A program made the translations under genes and the position numbers. Of a DNA stretch of 64,000 bases, positions 1 through 8,408 are shown piece after piece. Each line of letters starts with the position of its first letter. The first letter of the stretch is position 1. Below the pieces are notes generated by a model. That model was not told the origin of the DNA. It worked only from the letters and a program-made list of their open reading frames with translations, and ran no database searches. The DNA is taken from the NCBI GenBank assembly GCA_041304825.1, contig JBFYMQ010000001.1:375-64374 (forward strand), given 5' to 3'. Origin of the DNA: Thermoplasmatales archaeon (GTDB lineage Archaea > Thermoplasmatota > E2 > DHVEG-1).

Positions 1-672
1 ATCAAATGATTTGGCAATTGGTAGGGATCTGATTTGTTGTGTTCGCCAGAGGTCTTTTGCATAGTTCGACATGACAAGAACATCAGACACATCGTTAATC
101 GTATGGTGTATTGCATCTGCCTCGATGACGACTGCTTTCTGTGGACCAACTACGAAAAGATTCTCTGAGACTCCGGTTGCATGAAGCTGGTCGACCGCTT
201 CAGCGGTGAGTAACAAGATAGCGTCATCTTCGGTATCAGCGGTCTGACATGCGTATCGAATCCAATCAAAATCATCCCATGCGTTCTTTGTCGGGTTTAT
301 CCATTTTGAAAGCGTGTCTGCATCACCAAAGGCTAAACCCGCATCAGTCAGAACCATTCCTGCTTTGACAATATCTGGGAGCGTGTCTCCTTGGGTTGCG
401 ACACCAATATAGGTATGGTTTACGATAAAATCCCAGGTTTTTCCGGTCCAGGGATGATGATAGGTATATCGTGTTCCTTTTGGAACTCTACATAGTACTT
501 GTAATCCATCTCTGCTTGGATCTCGGACTTTTAAGAGAAGACTATAATCTCCGGCTGTTGCAGCAGGTGTTATGACGATATCTTTGCAACTTTTTCCAAT
601 GGGGATCATTATAACGGAACATAAAAGGATGCATATGAAAAGATACGGTAGGGTCTTTTCCTTCTGTATCAT
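1..672 (-). CDS. Secreted Ntn-hydrolase-like protein (peptidase C69 / choloylglycine-hydrolase-like). The 3' end is outside the window.
   Basis: Read by hand on the minus strand from the ATG at 672 (not in the ORF track, since it runs off the window). It starts MIQKEKTLPYLFICILLCSVIMIPIGKSC, a signal peptide, and is followed by CKDIVITPAATAGDYSLLLKVRD. This matches the Cys-Ntn hydrolase start pattern C-x(9-12)-DGS/DYS-x-L-x-(A/V)RN/RD. Confidence 0.4.
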   Translation of the reverse strand, partial: MIQKEKTLPYLFICILLCSVIMIPIGKSCKDIVITPAATAGDYSLLLKVRDPSRDGLQVLCRVPKGTRYTYHHPWTGKTWDFIVNHTYIGVATQGDTLPDIVKAGMVLTDAGLAFGDADTLSKWINPTKNAWDDFDWIRYACQTADTEDDAILLLTAEAVDQLHATGVSENLFVVGPQKAVVIEADAIHHTINDVSDVLVMSNYAKDLWRTQQIRSLPIAKSFD

Positions 673-723
673 ATAGGAATAAAATAGGAACCCACGATAT
701 ATAAAAGTATGCTCCTAGAACGT

Positions 724-1611
724 TTATGACTCAGGAGCTTCTTCTTTCTTTTTCTTTGCTGTCTTCTTTGTTGTAGTTTTTTTCTTTGTCGCGGTCTTTG
801 CCTTCTTCTTTGGTTTTTCCGCTTTTTCCAAATCTTCAGCAGTGAGCTCTTCTTCGACAGGTTCTTCTTTTTCTTCTGCTGGTGTTTCAGTTACTGGTTT
901 TTCTTCGGTGAGTTCTTCTTCAGCAGGCACTTCTGATTCTTCTTTGGTTGGTTCTTGGGGTTGTTCCTCTGGTTTTTCTACTGGTTTTTCATCTTCGATA
1001 ATCACGGTTGGTAATCGAATGATTTCTGTTTTATTGACTTCAATGCGTTTTACTGGGTAATAAATCTTACAGTGCTTGTAAATCTCGCTGCCGGTTTTTC
1101 CATCAAGACAATCCTTGATAAAGGAATTCAGGGTTTTTACTTTTCCTTCCTTGGTGATGACGTCTTTCATGACGTTTCTGATGAGTTTCTTTTGTGAACT
1201 TTGTATCCGTTTCTCAGCAATCGCGAACGGTTTTACTCGAAGAAGCGCACCATCCCTGGTCTCAACGTCGAACACCCCATCTACTCGGGATTTTCTCCTT
1301 CGGATCATTCGTCTGAGATAGTCTGAGGTGAGCAGATGACCCTTCAGTTGGGTATGTGCCGTGTTCTGTTCGATTTTATCGATGCTAAACAGGAGTTTAA
1401 TATGAGATTTCCTGAAATCATTGGTGATGTCCTGTAGGGATACCTCGGTGACTCTACCGATGAGGCTTTCTGGAGTCTCTGCGAGCGTCTCAGCGACAGG
1501 GACATTGTTGAATAATGATGGTGCGAGTATGGTGTACCAGTTTTTTGCTTTCCATCGATCTTTGACTTTTCTGGTTGTCGTTCGTGCACGTGCTTTGGCC
1601 ATATTTATCAC
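724..1611 (-). CDS. rps3ae: 30S ribosomal protein S3Ae (eS1) with a roughly 90-aa E/K/P/T-rich C-terminal extension.
   Basis: The N-terminus MAKARARTTTRKVKDRWKAKNWYTILAPSLF is typical of S3Ae. The first ~200 aa align to the S3Ae family. The tail is low-complexity (EEKPV..., KKKAKTATKKKTTTKK). Confidence 0.85.
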   Translation of the reverse strand: MINMAKARARTTTRKVKDRWKAKNWYTILAPSLFNNVPVAETLAETPESLIGRVTEVSLQDITNDFRKSHIKLLFSIDKIEQNTAHTQLKGHLLTSDYLRRMIRRRKSRVDGVFDVETRDGALLRVKPFAIAEKRIQSSQKKLIRNVMKDVITKEGKVKTLNSFIKDCLDGKTGSEIYKHCKIYYPVKRIEVNKTEIIRLPTVIIEDEKPVEKPEEQPQEPTKEESEVPAEEELTEEKPVTETPAEEKEEPVEEELTAEDLEKAEKPKKKAKTATKKKTTTKKTAKKKKEEAPES

Positions 1612-1726
1612 TTATAAATATTGTAATTTTTTTATTAAGGGATTTTTGCAGTAATAGAGTTCTTATACTTAAATGCTACGAGGGTGTATCTCTTGGAAGA
1701 AAGCCCTATGGTAATATAAAGAGAGG

Positions 1727-2524
1727 TTAAAAAGCATCGATGATTCTGAGATGTTGCTTTTTTGCCTGTTTTTGTATTTCTTCTCTGATAATCCTGTAAT
1801 GATCCATTGGTTTTTGCATTGGTTTTGAAAACCTTTGATTGATCTGTGGGTCTTGTTGTAAGGTTTTTTGGACGTTTTCCAACACCCCAGGTTTTAGGTG
1901 TAACATATCGATCCAGATCTCCTGTGTACCTGCGTCTTTCATCATGTCAAGGAATTGAGGGATTTCCTCTACGGTCGTGGTCGGGTATACCGGTCCGAAG
2001 AACACCGCGGTTTTCAGACCTGCAACAACGCATTTTTGTAATGCGGTTATCCGGTCTTGAATCGAGGATGTCTGTGGTTCAAGAAGCCTGCGTTCATCCT
2101 CACGTAGTGTTCCGATGCTGAACATCACCTGTGAATCAGAAAATTGTTTGAGCAGATCGATATCTCGTATGACTAGAGCTGATTTTGTCTGGATGTGAAC
2201 CGGGAAATCATAGTGTAATAATTGTTCTAAACAATAACGAGTAAGTTTATATTTTTGTTCCAGTGGTTGGTATGGATCGGTGACTGTTGAGATGCCAACA
2301 ACACCTGGTTTCTTTTTTTTCAACTCATGTGACAAAACCATTGGAATATTTTTTTTGACCTTAAGGTCGTCTGCCCAGTGTTCCCGTGGTAGTCGTAGGA
2401 CGTTTGGTGCATAGCAATACGCGCAATTATGTTGACAGCCTCGGTATGGATTCAACGAATAAGTCAATCCAGGTAATGTTGATGCGGACAATGCGGTTTT
2501 ACATTCAATTTCTTCAACACTCAT
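1727..2524 (-). CDS. Radical SAM protein of the SplB-like family (COG1533, DNA repair photolyase-like).
   Basis: Carries the CQHNCAYC motif (CxxxCxxC) near the N-terminus. At 265 aa it is the size of SplB-like proteins. It lies 1 nt downstream of the Nre-like gene on the same strand. Confidence 0.65.
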   Translation of the reverse strand: MSVEEIECKTALSASTLPGLTYSLNPYRGCQHNCAYCYAPNVLRLPREHWADDLKVKKNIPMVLSHELKKKKPGVVGISTVTDPYQPLEQKYKLTRYCLEQLLHYDFPVHIQTKSALVIRDIDLLKQFSDSQVMFSIGTLREDERRLLEPQTSSIQDRITALQKCVVAGLKTAVFFGPVYPTTTVEEIPQFLDMMKDAGTQEIWIDMLHLKPGVLENVQKTLQQDPQINQRFSKPMQKPMDHYRIIREEIQKQAKKQHLRIIDAF

Positions 2525-2525
2525 A

Positions 2526-3818
2526 TTATCTCACCAGGAAATCCTCCAGTCGTCGCTGATACAGTTGATTTTTCAGCACCGCACTGTTTCGTATCCATCG
2601 CTGGATGGGGATATCCATGATTTCAGAGACATATACAAGTGATTCCTGGATCGTATCGAATTTTCTATACGGTTGGGTTAACGCATGCCGCACGCTTTCC
2701 CGTACATTCCACACACCAATCGGCATGATATATCCTGGGTGTGCTTCGCGGAGGATGACGACCCCTGCTTGTCTGCGTTCTTTAGTGAGGAGTTCGTTGA
2801 CTGCAAGTCTTGCGGCATAATAACACCCACCGATTTCAGCGTAGGTCGTTCGACCATCATAAAACTCATAGCTGTTGAAAATGGAAATGCTGGTTCCATA
2901 CTGGTTCCATGTTGTGTTTGGATACCATGCTTCAATAAGCTCGTATTGCCATTCTGAAGGCATCATCAGGATAATCCATCGATTATCATACTGGTTCAGA
3001 TAATATGCACGGGCCTCATTGATGAACGGGTAGGTTTTTGTTTTTTTCATTAGATCTGCACCAAGCGTTGAATCCACTGCGGTGATACTCCAGCGGGTTG
3101 GGACAAAGCGTCTGTTCTTTTTTATCCCAAAAGCTCCGACACTGAACGCACGTTGAATCTTTGAGATTAACACCCCGTTTTTATAGATATCAAGAATCGC
3201 ATCCCTTGCTTTCAGATCCGTATCGTAGTAGGCTTTTTCGATATGTTGCTCGTACTTGGGGTTTGTAATATCTAACGTTCTCAGGGGAGCAGACGGTCCA
3301 TGTGGTTGGACTTCGTCATAGAATGCTATCTTCCCATAGGGTTTTTTTTCAAATACGGCATCTGCAAACACAGCGTTCTTGGAGAGAGCAAGTTCTCGGG
3401 TGAATTCCACGATACGATGGGAGCTTTCAACGTTGGTCACATCGACTGTGAATTTCCCTCTGACGAGTTGACTGCGGAAATCCACGATTTCGTCCAGCGT
3501 TTTATGAAGCCATCGTTCAGGGGTGTCGATTTCTGAGGTGTCCCCCATCACCGGAGGAATCATTGGTCCTATGGCAACCTTTGGGTATCCGATCCGTCCA
3601 ATGAAAACACTCGGGGGTGATGCTCCTTCGAGTCGTAAACTATCAAGTAATGGTTTTGTCTTTACCTTGGCGTGATATCGGACGATTACTGGGCATCGGT
3701 TCTTACCGCATAAGAACTTGGTTCCTCGACAGAGAGCACAGACACTTGTTGATTCCTTTTTCACAGTAGGAACGAGTTTCTTTTGATTCTTCGTAGTGTT
3801 CTGCACCAAATCCCCCAT
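2526..3818 (-). CDS. Nre-family (NreA-like) putative DNA repair protein.
   Basis: The N-terminal Cys motif CALCRGTKFLCGKNRCPV (C-x2-C-x6-C-x4-C) and the 430-aa length are typical of archaeal Nre proteins. The family assignment is from memory of the motif. Confidence 0.45.
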   Translation of the reverse strand: MGDLVQNTTKNQKKLVPTVKKESTSVCALCRGTKFLCGKNRCPVIVRYHAKVKTKPLLDSLRLEGASPPSVFIGRIGYPKVAIGPMIPPVMGDTSEIDTPERWLHKTLDEIVDFRSQLVRGKFTVDVTNVESSHRIVEFTRELALSKNAVFADAVFEKKPYGKIAFYDEVQPHGPSAPLRTLDITNPKYEQHIEKAYYDTDLKARDAILDIYKNGVLISKIQRAFSVGAFGIKKNRRFVPTRWSITAVDSTLGADLMKKTKTYPFINEARAYYLNQYDNRWIILMMPSEWQYELIEAWYPNTTWNQYGTSISIFNSYEFYDGRTTYAEIGGCYYAARLAVNELLTKERRQAGVVILREAHPGYIMPIGVWNVRESVRHALTQPYRKFDTIQESLVYVSEIMDIPIQRWIRNSAVLKNQLYQRRLEDFLVR

Positions 3819-3917
3819 GGTTTTAACACTCTTTTATACTTTTATCGGAGAGCAGTGAAAGTATATAATCATTCTCTCCTCATCAGTGGTCAATAAATTA
3901 TAGGAACGGTAAATGTC

Positions 3918-4511
3918 TCATACGATTCGTCTCACCCAGCAGATGATGTGTTTCTCAATTGTGAACTGCGTATCGACGGTCCATCCGTCTCTCATGTAGA
4001 AATGATACGCTGGCCTGCTTGTATTTGTTGCACCAGTCACACCCCCGTACCCATTCTTTTTTGCATAGTCATATAAAAATTTCAGCATCGAACGACCATA
4101 TCCTTTTTGTTGGTCCTTTGACAAAGTTCCATAGAAAATCAATTCGAGGCATCGTTTCTCGTAGTCTGGTTTGTTCTTATTGTATGCCCAGAATTGATGG
4201 ACTCCTTTGTAGCCCAAGGTTCGAAGAACAGTCAACCCAAAAATAATGGTCCGAAAAAACTCTGGCTTACTATCAGAATCAATGCATATTCCAACGCAGA
4301 GAAAATCCTTGTCCTTTTTAATACCAAATGTTTTAATTGAACCACTTTTTTTGTACATGCTGAATATTTTTCGTATGATTATTCCAGTGTGCTTCGGTTT
4401 TTCCATCAGGGCAGGAACCTGAGGAGACTCTTGAAATGCTTTTATGATAATCTGCATGTATTCAGGTTCATCTCTTTCGTGTAACTCAATAACCTCATGG
4501 TCTTGCGACAT
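3918..4511 (-). CDS. GNAT family N-acetyltransferase.
   Basis: Has the acetyl-CoA binding motif QQKGYGRSMLKFLYDYAKKNGY (Q/RxxGxG/A). Confidence 0.55.
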   Translation of the reverse strand: MSQDHEVIELHERDEPEYMQIIIKAFQESPQVPALMEKPKHTGIIIRKIFSMYKKSGSIKTFGIKKDKDFLCVGICIDSDSKPEFFRTIIFGLTVLRTLGYKGVHQFWAYNKNKPDYEKRCLELIFYGTLSKDQQKGYGRSMLKFLYDYAKKNGYGGVTGATNTSRPAYHFYMRDGWTVDTQFTIEKHIICWVRRIV

Positions 4512-4540
4512 CCATGTATCACCTCTCCAGGTTGGAGCAT

Positions 4541-5413
4541 TTATTTTTTTTCTCCGATAGCACCGATGTAACGGTGGGTGATGGGAATGTACCCCTGTAG
4601 CTTATGACGGCGCTGAAGCAGTTCACCTGTTCGTCTAATGATCTTGTCTGTTTTGTCTGGTTCAACCATCTGAATGATCCCTGCTGAAACACCGGATCGA
4701 ATCAATTGCTCTATGGCCGTCTCCTTTCTATCGAATGGGAATGTTTTTTTTCCTTTCCAAGAATCATTGATTTGAAAACCGTTCATTCTCATCCTCTGAA
4801 CAAGAGTCCCGGTTGAAAGATAAAATTGTGGTTTGAGTAGTGAGACCAACGCTTGTGGTTCTTCTGATAATGCTATGAGAAAAAACAGGACAAACTCCCA
4901 GTTGGATAATACGCTGTTATCAATGATCCCTAATTTTCCATGATGTCGGAGGGTTCGAAAGATTTCATGAATGATCTGTGTGGGAAGATATCCAAAGCCC
5001 CATGCACAGGTGATACTATCATAGTGGTCTGAGGGCTGGTTTTTCAGAAACTGATACGCATCACCGGTGAGAAACTGACAGCAATCACCATATTTTTTTT
5101 TTGCCACGGCGATCATATGTTCCGATGCGTCAACCCCGGTGACATCCCCTGAGGTCATTTCAGAAAGCATTTGTGTGACAAAACCTGTTCCGCACGTCAG
5201 ATCAAGGCATCTTCCCTGTGTTGAGGGTTCTAATCTTTTGAGCATGTCCTCGGAAAGAGCGGACATGTACTGTGTCCAATACGAATCATAGAATGAAGCG
5301 ATCTCATTGTATCCTGTCTGTACCAGTGCCCGTGAACGATCTTCCTGGTTCAGATAGACCTCGAAAGAACGCAGACCAAGCTTGAACCAATGTTTATTAC
5401 GTATTTCTCTCAC
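4541..5413 (-). CDS. Class I SAM-dependent methyltransferase.
   Basis: Has motif I LDLTCGTGFVTQML and a post-I acidic residue (VTGVDASEHMI). Confidence 0.7.
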   Translation of the reverse strand: MREIRNKHWFKLGLRSFEVYLNQEDRSRALVQTGYNEIASFYDSYWTQYMSALSEDMLKRLEPSTQGRCLDLTCGTGFVTQMLSEMTSGDVTGVDASEHMIAVAKKKYGDCCQFLTGDAYQFLKNQPSDHYDSITCAWGFGYLPTQIIHEIFRTLRHHGKLGIIDNSVLSNWEFVLFFLIALSEEPQALVSLLKPQFYLSTGTLVQRMRMNGFQINDSWKGKKTFPFDRKETAIEQLIRSGVSAGIIQMVEPDKTDKIIRRTGELLQRRHKLQGYIPITHRYIGAIGEKK

Positions 5414-5480
5414 CTGTTTTTCATTTCGAGTTGTTGAGGCGTAAAAATAATCCAGGTTGTTATTAAAGTTTAGGATGTAT

Positions 5481-5876
5481 CTAGGAAATTTTCATCTTTC
5501 TTCGCAACGTTTCCAACCATGATGGGATCCCTTCGACGGTCCGACAGGTGCATCGATGGGCTAACGTCTGACGGTAACTGAGGTTGCACTCCACGCGGTT
5601 CTCAAGATGTTTCTTAATCGAGGAACCAAGCCTGCCCCCGCGCCAATCCCAATCGGTAAGCAGGATGATCTTTTGGTATTTCTGTGTGATGGTGTCACAG
5701 AAATCTGAGACCGATTGTCCTATGTTGAATCGGATGATCTCCCCGGTCATCTCAAGCTTGCGTAACGCGGCGATGTCCTTTTCTCCCTCTACGATGATCG
5801 GGACGGTTTTGTTCTCCTCCCGTAGCTCATTGAGTAGCTCGTCGAGTTCCTCGATTATTTGAAGGTCATCCATCAA
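5481..5876 (-). CDS. Small Toprim-domain protein.
   Basis: Has the Toprim signature IIVEGEKD ... LLTDWDWRGG within 131 aa. Confidence 0.65.
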   Translation of the reverse strand: MMDDLQIIEELDELLNELREENKTVPIIVEGEKDIAALRKLEMTGEIIRFNIGQSVSDFCDTITQKYQKIILLTDWDWRGGRLGSSIKKHLENRVECNLSYRQTLAHRCTCRTVEGIPSWLETLRRKMKIS

Positions 5877-6207
5877 GATACTCCTTGAGTTTTCCTTCTA
5901 CTGCATTCGAAGTGATATTCTTCAGGCAGACGGTTTTCTGTCGGTTTTTTTCGCCACTCAGAAGGGTCACCTCGTTTGAAGTAAGCTTGAAAAACCGTGC
6001 GATTGTTTCAAGGACCTCGGTGTTTGCGTTGTTGTCTTTTGCCTGCCCCTGAACCTTCATCTCAATGGAGGTTCTCCATTGATTATACGTGGCTGGAAAA
6101 ACAGTCTGAGCCGATCCTGGGATTACATGTAATCGAAGAAGAATTCCTTGCTTCGATGCTTTGATAGCATCCTTATACGACGTCATATGCACGAAAGAAT
6201 GTATCAT
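5866..6207 (-). CDS. DUF167 / YggU family protein.
   Basis: Matches the YggU pattern LLRLHVIPGS...EMKVQGQAKDNNANTEVLETIARFF...VTLLSGEKNRQKTVCL. Its end overlaps the Toprim start by 11 nt. Confidence 0.55.
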   Translation of the reverse strand: MIHSFVHMTSYKDAIKASKQGILLRLHVIPGSAQTVFPATYNQWRTSIEMKVQGQAKDNNANTEVLETIARFFKLTSNEVTLLSGEKNRQKTVCLKNITSNAVEGKLKEYLDG

Positions 6208-6563
6208 GGTTGAGTCAGTTTGAGAATGGCCTCAGCAAGATCCCCGTTCGTCTCCTTTAAAGCCTTCCGCACCTCTGCCTCTGATTTCCCGGTTTGCTCC
6301 ATGATTAATCTGATATCCTCTTTTTGAGTGTCTTGGGTTTCTGTGCCTCTGTTTTTCACTACTGGTTCGCCGATAATCTGAAACGTCTTCTGTCCCTGCG
6401 CCTCCATCACAGTGACCTCTGCGGTATCAAATACATATTCCTTTGTATCTGTCTGGATCAGTACTTTTTCTACGTTATCGATGTTCTTCACATTGATCCC
6501 GAAGCGTTTCATCATCTGGGCAAGCTGCCTACTATTCATCTTCCCTGGCATCATAGATAACAA
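6204..6563 (-). CDS. nac: Nascent polypeptide-associated complex protein (archaeal NAC alpha with a UBA-like C-terminus).
   Basis: Starts MPGKMNSRQLAQMMKRFGINVKNID, a NAC domain. The C-terminus EAEVRKALKETNGDLAEAILKL is UBA-like. It overlaps DUF167 by 4 nt. Confidence 0.8.
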   Translation of the reverse strand: MLSMMPGKMNSRQLAQMMKRFGINVKNIDNVEKVLIQTDTKEYVFDTAEVTVMEAQGQKTFQIIGEPVVKNRGTETQDTQKEDIRLIMEQTGKSEAEVRKALKETNGDLAEAILKLTQP

Positions 6564-6618
6564 ATCCTTAGATAGTTCCGAAGCGTATATAGAGTTCTAT
6601 TCGTTTAACATTTTTGGT

Positions 6619-7977
6619 ATGATTTCAGAAGCAGAAATGAAAGTCATCGATACCAACTCGGAATACGTTGGTGTACCAACTCTCCAACTCATGGAGAACG
6701 CGGGAAAAGGTGTTGCTGAGTTTGTAAGAAATACGGTCAAAGACACAAAGAAAAACATCCTTATCCTTTGCGGGACGGGTAACAATGGAGGAGATGGGTT
6801 TGTCGCGGCACGCTACCTCACTCAGTATTACAAGATCACCGTGTTTCTTGCAGGAACTGAGATTAAAACAGAGATAGCAAAGAAAAATTTTCAGAAACTC
6901 CAAACCTATGAAATAAAAATCTCTAACTCACTCGGAGATCTTGACAGACTTCTTGAAGAACATGATGTTGTCATTGACGGGCTTCTCGGAACTGGACTGG
7001 CTGGTGAACTGAAAGAACCATATATGACCCTTGTGAAAAAGATAAACGAAACAAAGGAAAAAATCATTATCTCCGTAGATGTCCCAACCGGTCTTAGCTC
7101 CACTCATAGACTAATTCCTGATTACACGGTCACATTTCATGATAAAAAAGAAGGGATGAACGAAAAGAACAGCGGAAAAACCATTATTATTGATATCGGC
7201 ATCCCTCAAGAGGCACTCACATATGTTGGACCTGGGGAACTTTCTGTGTACTATCCGCGTCCTGCAAAAAAATCGCACAAAGGCGAGAATGGAATCGTCC
7301 TTGTCATCGGTGGAGGCCCGTATATCGGAGCACCAGCCCTCAGTGGTCTTGCAGCCTTACGAACCGGTGTGGACCTTGTCTACATCGCGACACCACAACG
7401 ATCCTGGGAGTCTGTCGCTGCTTTTTCAATTCTAGGTCCAGGGCTAGGAACCGCACCTGAAACCGAGGAAGCAATCATCCTCTTAGTTCGACGCATCATC
7501 GCAGAAAAAAAACCAATAGTCTTAGATGCGGATGCCATCAAACCAATTGGAGAAAACCTCACGCTCATACAAAATTCCACAACCGTGGTCACCCCGCATG
7601 TCGGTGAATTCAAAAAACTCACAGGAATCACCCTCACACAGGACCTTGACAACCGCATAACTGTCGTAAAAGAATGGGCAAAAAAAATCGGAATAACGAT
7701 TTTCCTAAAAGGATACATTGACGTTTTAAGCAATGGAACAGACGTAAAACAAAATAATGTCCATAATGAGGCGATGACCGTGGGCGGAACTGGGGATGTC
7801 CTTGCAGGAATCATAGGAGCAATGCTTTCAAAAGGAGTACGACCGTTCGAGGCGGCCCGAGTCGCTGCGTTCCTGAATGGAGAGGCGGGAAACGAGGCGT
7901 TCCAGAAGAAATCCTATGGACTGCTTGCAACCGACATCATCGATGAAATCCCAAACGTCCTGAAAAAATATCTCTAA
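6619..7977 (+). CDS. nnr: Bifunctional NAD(P)H-hydrate repair enzyme Nnr (YjeF-N epimerase plus ADP-dependent dehydratase).
   Basis: ILILCGTGNNGGDGFVAARYL is the YjeF_N motif. The C-terminal GGTGDVLAGIIGAMLSKG is the carbohydrate-kinase motif. I trimmed the start to the ATG at 6619, because the track ORF beginning at 6412 overlaps nac on the opposite strand. Confidence 0.85.
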   Translation: MISEAEMKVIDTNSEYVGVPTLQLMENAGKGVAEFVRNTVKDTKKNILILCGTGNNGGDGFVAARYLTQYYKITVFLAGTEIKTEIAKKNFQKLQTYEIKISNSLGDLDRLLEEHDVVIDGLLGTGLAGELKEPYMTLVKKINETKEKIIISVDVPTGLSSTHRLIPDYTVTFHDKKEGMNEKNSGKTIIIDIGIPQEALTYVGPGELSVYYPRPAKKSHKGENGIVLVIGGGPYIGAPALSGLAALRTGVDLVYIATPQRSWESVAAFSILGPGLGTAPETEEAIILLVRRIIAEKKPIVLDADAIKPIGENLTLIQNSTTVVTPHVGEFKKLTGITLTQDLDNRITVVKEWAKKIGITIFLKGYIDVLSNGTDVKQNNVHNEAMTVGGTGDVLAGIIGAMLSKGVRPFEAARVAAFLNGEAGNEAFQKKSYGLLATDIIDEIPNVLKKYL

Positions 7978-8019
7978 ATCTTTTTTAATTACATCATAAC
8001 CACGAAGCTATGCTTCTCG

Positions 8020-8310
8020 TTATTCCCATATCGCTTTAACTTCCTGGTGTTTTACAAGCTCGCCAGCGACTTGGTACAACACCCATGCGAGGAACGCGGG
8101 TTGCTGTTTCATCTCCTCAGATAGCACAGAAGTGATCTTATCTTTCATCTCTTGTTCTATTCTATCAGGGTTTTTTGGCCATTCTGCATACTGATATTTC
8201 TTCATCCATTCCGCGGTCTGTTCAATCATCTCGGTTTTTCTATCAGCGATCTTCCGTACTGCTTTCTCTGTTTTTTTCACAAACACTCCAGATGATTTCT
8301 TTTCCCACAT
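8020..8310 (-). CDS. Hypothetical protein (96 aa).
   Basis: An ORF with no other ORF on the opposite strand. I recognised no motifs. Confidence 0.3.
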   Translation of the reverse strand: MWEKKSSGVFVKKTEKAVRKIADRKTEMIEQTAEWMKKYQYAEWPKNPDRIEQEMKDKITSVLSEEMKQQPAFLAWVLYQVAGELVKHQEVKAIWE

Positions 8311-8408
8311 TATTCCATCCTCACTTGAGATATCACTTAATACGATAAAAGTCTTTACTTAGCGATTAAAAAATACTTTTAAGAACCCATGCGCAATCAG
8401 CGGTTCGG

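Noticed and set aside
842-1060. Serine-rich plus-strand ORF (MSSSSTGSSFSS...).
   Set aside because: It is antisense to the low-complexity tail of rps3ae. The repetitive codons create a spurious open frame.
6412-6618. The 5' part of the 521-aa track ORF upstream of the Nnr core.
   Set aside because: It overlaps nac on the opposite strand and encodes a hydrophobic, non-conserved sequence. The conserved YjeF-N domain starts at the internal ATG at 6619.
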